A stretch of 64,000 bases of DNA, from NCBI GenBank assembly GCA_039933515.1, contig JBDTNY010000129.1, positions 9,254-73,253 on the forward strand, given 5' to 3'. The position numbers were made by a program, and so were the translations under genes. Numbering within the stretch: the stretch's first letter is position 1; each line of letters opens with the position of its first letter. The notes under the pieces are model-generated. The model was not told the origin of the DNA, ran no database searches, and worked only from the letters and a program-made list of their open reading frames with translations. This document shows, piece by piece, positions 9,813 to 18,242 of this stretch. The DNA comes from Actinomycetota bacterium (lineage in GTDB: Bacteria > Actinomycetota > UBA4738 > HRBIN12).

Positions 9813-10711
9813 CGCCGCCCGAGGGCCTCACCGCGCGCCCCGCGACGACGGATGACCTCGACCTGGTCGTCGCACTGGTTCGCGCGTGTGAGGAACACGA
9901 CTACGGGCGCGCCGAGCTCGACCCCGAGGACCTGGCGGCCGACTGGGCTCGGCTCGGCACGGACCTCTCGGTGACGAGCGTGGCTGTGTTCGAAGGCGAC
10001 GCGATGGTGGCCGAGGCCGAAGCGTTCGAGGGCCGCGGCGAAGTGAACATCCATCCCGACCACCGTGGACGCGGCATCGGGACGGCCATCCTGCCGTGGC
10101 TGCACGAGGTCGCGCGGGCTCAAGGGCCGACGCTGCGCCAGATCGCGCACGACACCGACACCACCCGTCGAGCCTTCCTCCTGCGTCACGGCTACCGCGA
10201 GACGTTCACCTCGTGGATCCTCTCGATCTCGCTCGAGGACGGGATCGAGGCACCCGTCCTGCCTCCCGGCTTCGCGTTCCGCGACTTCCGTCCCGGCGTG
10301 GACGACCGCGAGGCCTATCAGGTGGTCGAGGACGCCTTCGGCGAGTGGGAGGGGCGCCGGCCGGTCACGTTCGAGGACTGGGCGGGGCTCACGATCGGGC
10401 GCGAGTCGTTCGAACCGTCGAACATGCTGCTGGCCGTCGACGAAGGCACCGGCGAGATCGTGGGCGTGGTGTTCATGATCGACTACGGGATCGAGGACGG
10501 CTGGATCCAGCAAGCGGCGACGAAAGCCACCCACCGCCATCACGGGATCGCCCGCGCGCTGCTGCACCGCGCCTTCCAGGCCTACGGTGAACGGGGCAAG
10601 CGAGCGGTGGAGCTCAGCACCGACTCACGCACGGGTGCCCTGGGGCTCTACGAGAAGGTCGGGATGCGGGTCGTCAGCTCCTACACGAACTACGTGAAGG
10701 ACCTCGGCTAG
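9794..10711 (+). CDS. two-domain GNAT family N-acetyltransferase (MshD-like architecture)
   Basis: Internal ATG (MDAPRLTPPEG) of track ORF 9053..10711. There are two GNAT cores: IHPDHRGRGIGTAIL and ATKATHRHHGIARALL...LYEKVGM. Confidence 0.8.
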   Translation: MDAPRLTPPEGLTARPATTDDLDLVVALVRACEEHDYGRAELDPEDLAADWARLGTDLSVTSVAVFEGDAMVAEAEAFEGRGEVNIHPDHRGRGIGTAILPWLHEVARAQGPTLRQIAHDTDTTRRAFLLRHGYRETFTSWILSISLEDGIEAPVLPPGFAFRDFRPGVDDREAYQVVEDAFGEWEGRRPVTFEDWAGLTIGRESFEPSNMLLAVDEGTGEIVGVVFMIDYGIEDGWIQQAATKATHRHHGIARALLHRAFQAYGERGKRAVELSTDSRTGALGLYEKVGMRVVSSYTNYVKDLG

Positions 10712-10721
10712 CAGGGCGATC

Positions 10722-10811
10722 TGGCGGTGGCCGAGGGATTCGAACCCTCGAGAGAGTTGCCCCCCTACACGCTTTCCAGGCGTGTCCCTTCGGCCGCTCG
10801 GGCAGGCCACC
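10722..10811 (-). tRNA. tRNA-Ser (anticodon GGA), CCA encoded
   Basis: The minus strand reads GGTGGCC..CACGC CTGGAAA GCGTG..long variable arm..GAGGGTTCGAATCCCTC GGCCACC G CCA. The cloverleaf folds by eye. Confidence 0.93.
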
Positions 10812-10827
10812 GTCGACGAGTCTAGCG
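10812..10827 (-). promoter_or_regulatory. tRNA promoter block CGCTAGACTCGTCGAC (-10 TAGACT, 7 nt before tRNA 5' end)
   Basis: A 16-nt block identical to the one at 12152..12167. Confidence 0.55.
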
Positions 10828-10842
10828 AAGCGGCCGCGGGCC

Positions 10843-11397
10843 TCAGCCCGCCAGGATCGTGCGGACCTGCGAATCGATGAAGGATGCGTAGATCGTCTGG
10901 CCTTCGGTCGACAGGTGGTAGCGGTCGTCGGCGAACCAGTGCGGGTGCCCGGTCGAGTACGAGTACCAGCGGATCACCCACACGTTGTCGTAGGCGGCCG
11001 CGCAGGCGTTCAGGATGTCGTTGTTGGTGTCCTGCCAGTCACGCGGCACCTTGTTCGTGACGAGGAAGACCCGCCGGAGCGGGCCCGCGATCGAGACGAT
11101 CGTGTCGCAGTCGGCAGGATCGATCGGGCCGTTCGTCCCCAGGTGCACGATCAGACGTTTCGCGAGTATCCCGTCGGTCTTGAGGCGCTGTACGACCGCC
11201 ACGCCCTCGGAGAACTGCCGTCCGACCTTCGCGTGCACGTGGATCTCGTGGGTGTTCAACTCGTCTTTGGCCGAGAGCATGATCGAGTCGCCGACGCCGA
11301 CCCTGCCTTTGGGGATGGGGCGCGCGGCGGCAGCCGGGAGCTGGAGGGCGAACGACACGAGGCAAGCGAGCGAAATGACGAGGGTCCGCCGATGCAT
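10843..11397 (-). CDS. secreted SGNH/GDSL-like hydrolase
   Basis: Signal peptide MHRRTLVISLACLVSFALQLPAAAA. Block I is VGVGDSIM, and GTNG and DRYHL motifs are present. Confidence 0.7.
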   Translation of the reverse strand: MHRRTLVISLACLVSFALQLPAAAARPIPKGRVGVGDSIMLSAKDELNTHEIHVHAKVGRQFSEGVAVVQRLKTDGILAKRLIVHLGTNGPIDPADCDTIVSIAGPLRRVFLVTNKVPRDWQDTNNDILNACAAAYDNVWVIRWYSYSTGHPHWFADDRYHLSTEGQTIYASFIDSQVRTILAG

Positions 11398-11598
11398 CCG
11401 CCAAGGGTCCCACAGACCCTTCAGCGCTCGCGACGCCGGGAGTCGCCATCAGCCCTTCCGCCGGCTGCGGAGATGCGCTAGAAAGGACGGGCTGCCCGCC
11501 GCCAGGGACCGGCGATGACCACTCCGGCCCCGCCGGTCGCCCATTGCAGGGCGATCGGTCGAGTGGCGCCGGACATCCGGCGCAGGAAGGAGGCAGCG

Positions 11599-11973
11599 AT
11601 GCCGCGCATGTCGAAGTCCGAAGCCCCGGACAAGCTTGAGGTCGAGGGCTACGAAGGGGCATTCGGGACGCTCGGCCCCGACTACACCGTGGGGTTCGAG
11701 CGGTACACGGCAGACGCCGATCTGCGTGACCTCTTCAAGGGTCTGCCCGACGACCGGTGCCAGTGCGCACACTGGGGTTACGTGATGTCGGGCAAGGTGA
11801 CGTTCCACACAGCCGATGGTGACGAGACCTACTCGGCGGGCGACGCGTACTACATCGGGCCTGGCCACACGCCCGAACTGTTCGCCGGCACCGAGGTCGT
11901 GGAATTCTCTCCCACCGAGGAGCTCGCGAGGACCGTCGAGGCCGTCGAGAGGAACATGGCTGCGATGGGCTGA
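11599..11973 (+). CDS. cupin domain protein
   Basis: GGAGG lies upstream of the ATG. Sequence reads CAHWGYVMSGKVTFHTADGDETYSAGDAYYIGPGHTPE. Confidence 0.7.
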   Translation: MPRMSKSEAPDKLEVEGYEGAFGTLGPDYTVGFERYTADADLRDLFKGLPDDRCQCAHWGYVMSGKVTFHTADGDETYSAGDAYYIGPGHTPELFAGTEVVEFSPTEELARTVEAVERNMAAMG

Positions 11974-12005
11974 GCCCGGAGTGCGGGCGCCACGTTCGAC
12001 GGGGA

Positions 12006-12050
12006 CCCCGAGAGGCGAGCGCGGGGGTGACCCGCACCCGCCTCTCGGGG
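12006..12050. terminator. 12-bp perfect-stem hairpin, probable bidirectional terminator
   Basis: CCCCGAGAGGCG (12006-12017) pairs with CGCCTCTCGGGG (12039-12050), with an inner GCGGG/CCCGC stem. It sits between the convergent cupin gene and tRNA-Ser. There is no U-tract. Confidence 0.5.
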
Positions 12051-12061
12051 GCTCCTCGGGG

Positions 12062-12151
12062 CGGAGGCGGCAGGATTTGAACCTGCGAGAGACGGATTAG
12101 GCCCCTAACCGCTTTCGAGGCGGTCCCATTCGGCCGCTCTGGCACGCCTCC
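12062..12151 (-). tRNA. tRNA-Ser (anticodon CGA)
   Basis: The minus strand reads GGAGGCG..ACCGC CTCGAAA GCGGT..variable arm..GCAGGTTCAAATCCTGC CGCCTCC G. CCA is not encoded. Confidence 0.93.
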
Positions 12152-12167
12152 GTCGACGAGTCTAGCG
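12152..12167 (-). promoter_or_regulatory. tRNA promoter block CGCTAGACTCGTCGAC with TTGGGG -35-like box 17 nt upstream
   Basis: Identical to 10812..10827. The minus strand reads caccTTGGGGccggggacctcgcccgcTAGACTcgtcgac. Confidence 0.55.
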
Positions 12168-12211
12168 GGCGAGGTCCCCGGCCCCAAGGTGCCGCGTGGC
12201 CGCGGCGCCGG

Positions 12212-12667
12212 TCACCGACGATCGCGGAAGAACGACCGGAGCAGGTGCCCGCACTCGTCGCCGAGCACGCCGCCCGAGAGCTCGGTCCGGTGGTTCAGCC
12301 GCTCGTCCTGTAGGAGGTTCCCGAGGGAGCCGGCGAACCCAGCCTTCTGGTCGGTGGCGCCGAACACGACGCGGTCCACGCGCGCGAGGACGATCGCGCC
12401 GGCGCACATGGCACACGGCTCGAGCGTCACGTAGAGGACGCATCCCTCGAGGTGCCAGGTGCCGGTCGCCGCGGCGGCGTCGCGGAGGGCGAGCACCTCG
12501 GCGTGGGCGGTGGGGTCATGGTGGCGTTCCCGACCGTTCCCGGCAGTGGCCACGATCTCTTCGCCGCGCGCGATCACACACCCGACGGGCACGTCGTCCC
12601 ACTCGAGGCACCGGCGGGCCTCGTCGAGCGCGAGCGCCATGAACCGTTCGTCCGCGGTCTGGTCCAT
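12212..12667 (-). CDS. tadA: tRNA adenosine(34) deaminase
   Basis: Deaminase zinc motifs HAEVLAL and TLEPCAMCAGA. It is 151 aa and adjacent to tRNA genes. Confidence 0.9.
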   Translation of the reverse strand: MDQTADERFMALALDEARRCLEWDDVPVGCVIARGEEIVATAGNGRERHHDPTAHAEVLALRDAAAATGTWHLEGCVLYVTLEPCAMCAGAIVLARVDRVVFGATDQKAGFAGSLGNLLQDERLNHRTELSGGVLGDECGHLLRSFFRDRR

Positions 12668-13015
12668 CTAGTAGGCGTCGATCTCGAGCAAGCGCTCGTC
12701 GCTGATCCCGAAGTGGTGCGCGAGCTCGTGCGCGACCGTGTGCGAGACGACCTGCTGGATCCGATCCTCGTTGAACGCACCCTCACGCTCGATCGGATGC
12801 TTGAAGAGCGTGATCCGGTCGGGCATCACGTTCGTGTAGTTGGAGGCGCGACGCAGGAGTGGGACCCCCTCGTAGAGGCCCAGGAGGTGCTGACCGGGCG
12901 GCGGTTCGTCTTCGACGAAGAGCTCGACGTTGTCGAGGCGCTCGTGCACCCACTCGGGCAGCGCGTCGACGGCATGGGTAACCATCTCCTCGAAGCGCTC
13001 TGGGCTGAGCCACAT
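12668..13015 (-). CDS. metallopeptidase-family protein (Zincin_1/DUF1025-like)
   Basis: HELAHHFG zinc motif, 115 aa. It abuts the tadA start. Confidence 0.75.
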   Translation of the reverse strand: MWLSPERFEEMVTHAVDALPEWVHERLDNVELFVEDEPPPGQHLLGLYEGVPLLRRASNYTNVMPDRITLFKHPIEREGAFNEDRIQQVVSHTVAHELAHHFGISDERLLEIDAY

Positions 13016-13112
13016 GCCAGGGAGCGTACCCCCGGTTCGCGCGATGCCTATCCGAGGGCGAGACTCTCACGCAGACGTGAACCGTTCCGTGGTCGAGCTG
13101 CGACAGGGGAGT

Positions 13113-13649
13113 ATGGGCGACATGCGCGGCCGGGCCACGACGGATCAGGAACTGATCGTCGCGGTAGGCGAGGCTGACGCCGCCGCGCTCCGGGCGCTCT
13201 ACGACCGGCACGGCACATGGCTCACGATCCGGCTCGCTCGGCGCTGCGCCGATCCCGCGACCGTGGAGGAGGTCGTGCAGGACACCTTCCTCGCGGTGTG
13301 GCAAGGCGCGGCGAGGTACCGGGGCGAAGGCGAGGTCGCCGCATGGATCTGGGGGATCGCGATCAGAAGGCTGATCGACCGGCTTCGGACGCGCCGCCAG
13401 ACGGCCGAGCTCCCCGGGCGGCCTGACCCCGAGCCGTCGGCCGAGGAGCTCGTGCTGCTGGGCATCGAGCACGGAGATCTCGCGTCGGCCATGGGCCGAC
13501 TCTCGCCCGAGCTCCGAGCGGTGATCCAAGCCACCGCCCTGGACGGTCTCACCACGCGGGAGGCCGCGCACCTCTTGGGGATCCCTCAAGGCACCGTCAA
13601 GACCAGGCTCGTGCGAGCCCGGCGCGAACTACGGGGGGCACTTGCATGA
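13113..13649 (+). CDS. ECF-type RNA polymerase sigma factor
   Basis: Internal ATG (MGDMRGRATT) of track ORF 12930..13649. Sequence reads ALYDRHGTWLTIRL...VQDTFLAVW...WIWGIAIRRLID...LTTREAAHLLGIPQGTVKTRLVRARREL. Confidence 0.88.
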   Translation: MGDMRGRATTDQELIVAVGEADAAALRALYDRHGTWLTIRLARRCADPATVEEVVQDTFLAVWQGAARYRGEGEVAAWIWGIAIRRLIDRLRTRRQTAELPGRPDPEPSAEELVLLGIEHGDLASAMGRLSPELRAVIQATALDGLTTREAAHLLGIPQGTVKTRLVRARRELRGALA

Positions 13650-14464
13650 GCTGGCACGTCCAAGCACCGACGATCGATGCCTACATCTCCGGCCGGATCG
13701 ACGCGGCCGCGGCGTTCTCGGTGGAGGCCCACGTCCTCGCCTGTTCGCAATGCCGAGAGTCGCTCTCAGCTCGTGCCGATCCGGATCGACACGAACGGAT
13801 CTGGGCGGGTGTTCGCGAGGGGATCGAACGGCCCCGGGAGCGCGCGGTGGAACGTCTGCTGCGCGCGATCGGCGTCCGGAACGACCTCGCCCGGCTGCTC
13901 GCCACCACACCGATGCTCCAGGGCTCGTGGGTGGTCGCCGTGGCCCTGACCCTCGCCTTCGGGGTGATCGCGTCGCGTGCCGCCGGCGGTGATCCGCTCC
14001 CGTTCCTGGCGCTGGCGCCGCTCGTACCGCTCGCCGGGATCGCCGCTGCGTTCGGGCGTCCCGCCGATCCAGCCTGGGAGCTCGAGCTCTCGACACCGAC
14101 CGGCGGGTTCACGCTGATGCTGATCAGATCGACGGCGGTGCTCGCCGTATCGGTGCTCCTCGCCGGCATCGCGGCCATGTTCTTGCCGCATGCGGGATGG
14201 GAGGCGGCCGCATGGCTGCTGCCGGCTCTCGGTCTGACGGTCGTCACCCTGGCGGCGACGTCGACGAGGCTGTCCACGGTGACCGCGGCGGGCACGGTCA
14301 GTTGCGCGTGGCTCGCCCTCGTCGTGGTTACCGATCGGCTCTCGGATCGGCCGCTCGCCGCGTTCGGACCCGGCGCGCAACTCGCCTTCGCCGCGATGAC
14401 CGCGGCGGCCGCCGTGATCTTGCTGGCGCGGCACACGGCGGTCGAACGTCCAACTCGGATCTGA
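13646..14464 (+). CDS. zf-HC2 anti-sigma factor with polytopic membrane C-terminus
   Basis: ATGA overlap with the sigma gene. The H-x3-C-x2-C motif is HVLACSQC, followed by about six hydrophobic segments. Confidence 0.8.
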   Translation: MSWHVQAPTIDAYISGRIDAAAAFSVEAHVLACSQCRESLSARADPDRHERIWAGVREGIERPRERAVERLLRAIGVRNDLARLLATTPMLQGSWVVAVALTLAFGVIASRAAGGDPLPFLALAPLVPLAGIAAAFGRPADPAWELELSTPTGGFTLMLIRSTAVLAVSVLLAGIAAMFLPHAGWEAAAWLLPALGLTVVTLAATSTRLSTVTAAGTVSCAWLALVVVTDRLSDRPLAAFGPGAQLAFAAMTAAAAVILLARHTAVERPTRI

Positions 14465-14475
14465 AGGAGGCACGG

Positions 14476-15342
14476 ATGGTGCAGACAACGATCGGCCTGA
14501 CCGGCGTCGAGAAGCGGTTCGGCGCGGTGCACGCGCTCGACGGCATGTCGCTCGGCATCGGCCCCGGCGTGACCGGGCTGCTCGGACCGAACGGGGCGGG
14601 CAAGACCACGATGATGCGGATCGCCGCCACGGTGCTCGCGCCCGACCGCGGCACCGTCCGGCTGCTCGACCGCGATCCGACCGACGCCGAGGATCGGGTG
14701 GAGATCCGCCGGCGACTCGGCTACCTGCCGCAAGAGCCCGGCTTCTACCAGCGGTTCACGGCGTTCGAGTTCGTGGACTACGTCGCGATCCTGAAGGAGA
14801 TGTCGGATCGCCGGTCACGCCACGAGGAGGTCCGGCGGGTGCTCGATCTCGCGGGCCTCGGGGATGTCGCCAGCCGCCAGGTCAAGGCGCTCTCGGGCGG
14901 GATGCGCCGGCGTCTCGCGTTCGCGCAGGCGCTCCTCCGCGATCCCGAGCTGCTCCTGCTCGACGAACCCACCGCGGGGCTCGATCCCGAGCAGCGCCTC
15001 CGTTTCCGCGAGCTCGTCTCTAACCTCCCGCACCGACCGACGGTGGTGCTCTCGACCCACGCGACCGAGGACATCACGGCGCTCTGCGAACGGGTGATCG
15101 TGATCGCCGGGGGTGTCGTGCGGTTCGACGGCACGCCCGAGGCGCTCGCCGCCACCGCGAACGGGAGAGTGTGGATCGCGCATGCGGCCGACCGGCGCGC
15201 AGCTCTCTCATGGCGGATGGGCGACGGCCGCCATCGGCATATCGGGGACCCGCCAGCAGATGCCGAGACGGCGACGGCGACGATCGACGACGCCTACCTG
15301 CTCATGGTGGGCGAAGTGCGCGGGCAGGAGGTCGCCGCATGA
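14476..15342 (+). CDS. ABC transporter ATP-binding protein (ABC-2/DrrA-like with C-terminal extension)
   Basis: GGAGG lies upstream of the ATG. Walker A GPNGAGKTT, signature LSGGMRRR, Walker B LLLLDEPTAGLD. Confidence 0.9.
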   Translation: MVQTTIGLTGVEKRFGAVHALDGMSLGIGPGVTGLLGPNGAGKTTMMRIAATVLAPDRGTVRLLDRDPTDAEDRVEIRRRLGYLPQEPGFYQRFTAFEFVDYVAILKEMSDRRSRHEEVRRVLDLAGLGDVASRQVKALSGGMRRRLAFAQALLRDPELLLLDEPTAGLDPEQRLRFRELVSNLPHRPTVVLSTHATEDITALCERVIVIAGGVVRFDGTPEALAATANGRVWIAHAADRRAALSWRMGDGRHRHIGDPPADAETATATIDDAYLLMVGEVRGQEVAA

Positions 15343-16136
15343 GCACCGTGGCCGACGTACCTCGGGGATCGGTCGTTCCCGCGCTTTCCCGCGCCGAAGG
15401 ATGGCAACTGGTGTCGCATCCGATCTTGCTGACCGGGCTGGTGTTCGCGCTGCTGGGGTGCGCCTCGTTCGTGCGGGCCTTCGTCGCGGGAACGGCAGTC
15501 TCCTGGGACGAGGATGGTTGGATGGCGTCGGTCGGGGTGCTCATGCTCGGCATTTTCACGATGGTGGCCACGAACCACTCGGCGCTCCGCGACCGTCGCG
15601 AGCACACGGTTGAACAGCACGCGATGCTTCCCGTGCTGCCGCCGGCCAGAACTTCGGGACTCCTCGCCGCCACACTGTGGCCCGCCGGTATCGCCGCCGT
15701 GCTCGTGGTTGCGCTCGCGGCGCTCGGTGCGGCGAAGGGTCTGGCGCCCGACAGCGTCGAACTCATCCACCTCGCCGAGCGCGTCGTGTCGATCCTGTTG
15801 CTCGGCGCTATCGGCATCGCGTTGGCAGCGTGGGCGCCGAGCCCGTTCGTCGCGCCGGTCGTGGCGTGGTTCATCTTCTTCATGACCCCGGGCGAAGCAC
15901 CGGCCGCGTGGCACAGCCTCGTGCCGTGGGAAACGATGAACTCCACCGGGCTCGCGACGTGGCACCTGATGTACCTCGCCGGCCTCACGGCGGCGTTCGC
16001 CGTGCTCGCCCTCGCGAGGACGAGCCGGCCGCGGGCCCTCATCGTTCCGGCGATCGCCTCGATGACCCTGATAGCGGTGTCCGGCGTCGCGCTCTTCGAC
16101 GGGGCATGTCCATCGGTGGGTCGATGTCTGTTCTGA
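15339..16136 (+). CDS. polytopic membrane protein, probable ABC-2-type permease component
   Basis: ATGA overlap with the ATPase gene. The protein from MSTVADV onward is strongly hydrophobic, with about six TM segments. Confidence 0.65.
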   Translation: MSTVADVPRGSVVPALSRAEGWQLVSHPILLTGLVFALLGCASFVRAFVAGTAVSWDEDGWMASVGVLMLGIFTMVATNHSALRDRREHTVEQHAMLPVLPPARTSGLLAATLWPAGIAAVLVVALAALGAAKGLAPDSVELIHLAERVVSILLLGAIGIALAAWAPSPFVAPVVAWFIFFMTPGEAPAAWHSLVPWETMNSTGLATWHLMYLAGLTAAFAVLALARTSRPRALIVPAIASMTLIAVSGVALFDGACPSVGRCLF

Positions 16137-16828
16137 CCCGAGACGTCCTTGGATCCACCGCACGGGCGATGCCGTGGCTCCCGCCGGTGGCCGCCTCCGT
16201 CGTGGCGACCGCGGTCGTGGCGCGGCTGGACGACGGCGGGGCACTCCCTTTGCAGGTCGCCGCAGTCGTCCTCGCAAGCGGGCTCGGCTACGCGCTCGAC
16301 GACCCGGCGTTCGAGATCATCGGGTCGTCCCCGGTGTCGCTCTGGCAACGGCGGCAGCATCGTCTGGTCCTCGTCCTGCCGCCGACGGTCCTGTTGTTCT
16401 TCGCCCTTCTCGTGTGGCACGGGACCGCGGATCGGAGCGAGGCGCTCGCACTCGGGGCGATGTTCGCGGGGCTCGTGGGCCTGGCCTTGGGGATAGCGGG
16501 GACCGCCGCTCGGCGATCGCCGCGCGGGCTGGGCGGTATCGCCGTCGCGCCCACGCTGTTCGCCACGCTGATCATGTCAACGCTGTTCGCCCCACGGTGG
16601 CGGCCCCTGCCGATCGGCGACATCCCGGGGGGCTGGCCAGCGATCATCGCCCGGTGGAGCGCTGCAGCGGTGATCGGCCTCGCGGTCCTCGCGATCTCTT
16701 CCCGGGACCGAGCCGCCCGTGGGTCTGGCTGGCGCCCTGACCCGAGGTCCCCTACCAGCCCCCCTCGGCGCGACGATCATGGTGCTGCGCATCCCCGAGG
16801 TCGAAGACGAGCAGCTTCCGCTCGGTGA
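16106..16828 (+). CDS. polytopic membrane protein (second putative permease component)
   Basis: Hydrophobic protein starting MSIGGSMSVLTRD..., with an alternative ATG at 16124. The last about 45 codons are Arg/Pro-rich and overlap the convergent aldehyde dehydrogenase gene, so the true C-terminus is uncertain. Confidence 0.5.
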   Translation: MSIGGSMSVLTRDVLGSTARAMPWLPPVAASVVATAVVARLDDGGALPLQVAAVVLASGLGYALDDPAFEIIGSSPVSLWQRRQHRLVLVLPPTVLLFFALLVWHGTADRSEALALGAMFAGLVGLALGIAGTAARRSPRGLGGIAVAPTLFATLIMSTLFAPRWRPLPIGDIPGGWPAIIARWSAAAVIGLAVLAISSRDRAARGSGWRPDPRSPTSPPRRDDHGAAHPRGRRRAASAR

Positions 16829-18242
16829 ACGACTCGAGGAACCACTGCGAGAGCTCGCGGCCAACGCCGCTGTTACCGGTGCCGCCGAACGGCGCCAGCT
16901 GGTCCCAATAGTTGCTCGTCTCGTTGATGTTCACCGAGCCGTGCTGGAGGGCCTCGCCGACCCGCCAAGCCGACGCCAGGTCCCGGGTCCACAGCGACGC
17001 GATCAACCCGAGCTCGCTCGAGTTCGCGATCTCGATCGCCTCGTCAGTGGAACGCACCTTCATGACCGGCGCGACCGGCCCGAAGGTCTCCTCCTGCGCG
17101 ATCACCATCTCGGGTGTCACCCCTGTCAGCACCGTCGCCGGGTAGAAGAGCCCTTCCTGAGGCCCGAACTGTTCGATGTCGGCGCCGAGCTCGCGAGCGT
17201 TCTCGACGTGGTTGACAACCCGACGAAGCGTCGCGGGGTTGCAGAGCGGGCCCATCTCGGTCTCGTCCAGCCCCGGGTCACCGATCCGCAGTGTGGCGGC
17301 ACGCGCCTTCAGCTTGCCCACGAACTCGTCGTGCACTGCCTCGTGCACCAGTAGCCGCTCGGCTGACGTGCACACCTGCCCCGCGTAGTAGAAGCAGCCG
17401 TTCATCGCGCCCTCGACCGCGGCATCGATGTCGGCGTCGGGCAGGATGATGAACGGCCCGTCCCCGCCGAGCTCCAGCAGGTGCGGCTTGAGCGCGGCCT
17501 TGACGGCGATCGTCTTGCCGGTTGCCGTCGATCCCGTGAAGAAGATCCCCTTCACTCCGGGGTGCTCGACGATCGCCCCGCCCACGTCGCCGAGCCCCTG
17601 CACGACGTTGATCACACCGTCGGGCAGCCCGGCCTCAGCGAAGAACTCGGCGACCATGGCGCAGGCGGTGGCGGCGTACTCGGAGGGCTTCCACACGACG
17701 GTATTGCCGGCCGCCACGATATGCGCCAGGGCGATCGACGCGATGTCGGTCGGGAAGTTGTACGGGGTGATGGCCCCGACGACGCCGAGCGGCCGGTGCG
17801 TGAGCACGAGACGCTTGTTGTTCGTCTGCTCCTGCGTCGAGGGGAACGACAGGCCGCGATGCCGGAGCACCTCCTCGCCGGCCTTGTGCCAAGACGGCGC
17901 CGCGTACTCGTGCACCTCCTCGCGCGACTCGGTGATCGTCTTGCCGATCTCCTGCACCAGCACCCGCGCGATGGGCTCGGCCCGCTCGACGAACAGCGCG
18001 TTGATGCGGCGGAGTACCTTGACGCGATCGACGAGCGGCGTAGCCGCCCAGCCCGGCTGGGCGGCGGTGGCGGCCGCCACGGCACGGTCGACGTCGGCCG
18101 GCGCACACCGCGTGATCTCGTTCACCAACTCGCCCGAGTACGGCGATCGCACCTCGAACGTCCCTCCGGTCCCCTCCACCCACCGGCCCCCGATCAGTGC
18201 GAGATGTGGCAGTACGGGCGCCGTCTGCTCGGTGATGACCAT
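16752..18242 (-). CDS. NAD(P)-dependent aldehyde dehydrogenase
   Basis: Start is MVITEQ, with GAGGAG upstream. Motifs: FTGSTATGK, catalytic ELGGDGP, and GQVCTSAERLLV. Confidence 0.92.
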   Translation of the reverse strand: MVITEQTAPVLPHLALIGGRWVEGTGGTFEVRSPYSGELVNEITRCAPADVDRAVAAATAAQPGWAATPLVDRVKVLRRINALFVERAEPIARVLVQEIGKTITESREEVHEYAAPSWHKAGEEVLRHRGLSFPSTQEQTNNKRLVLTHRPLGVVGAITPYNFPTDIASIALAHIVAAGNTVVWKPSEYAATACAMVAEFFAEAGLPDGVINVVQGLGDVGGAIVEHPGVKGIFFTGSTATGKTIAVKAALKPHLLELGGDGPFIILPDADIDAAVEGAMNGCFYYAGQVCTSAERLLVHEAVHDEFVGKLKARAATLRIGDPGLDETEMGPLCNPATLRRVVNHVENARELGADIEQFGPQEGLFYPATVLTGVTPEMVIAQEETFGPVAPVMKVRSTDEAIEIANSSELGLIASLWTRDLASAWRVGEALQHGSVNINETSNYWDQLAPFGGTGNSGVGRELSQWFLESFTERKLLVFDLGDAQHHDRRAEGGW

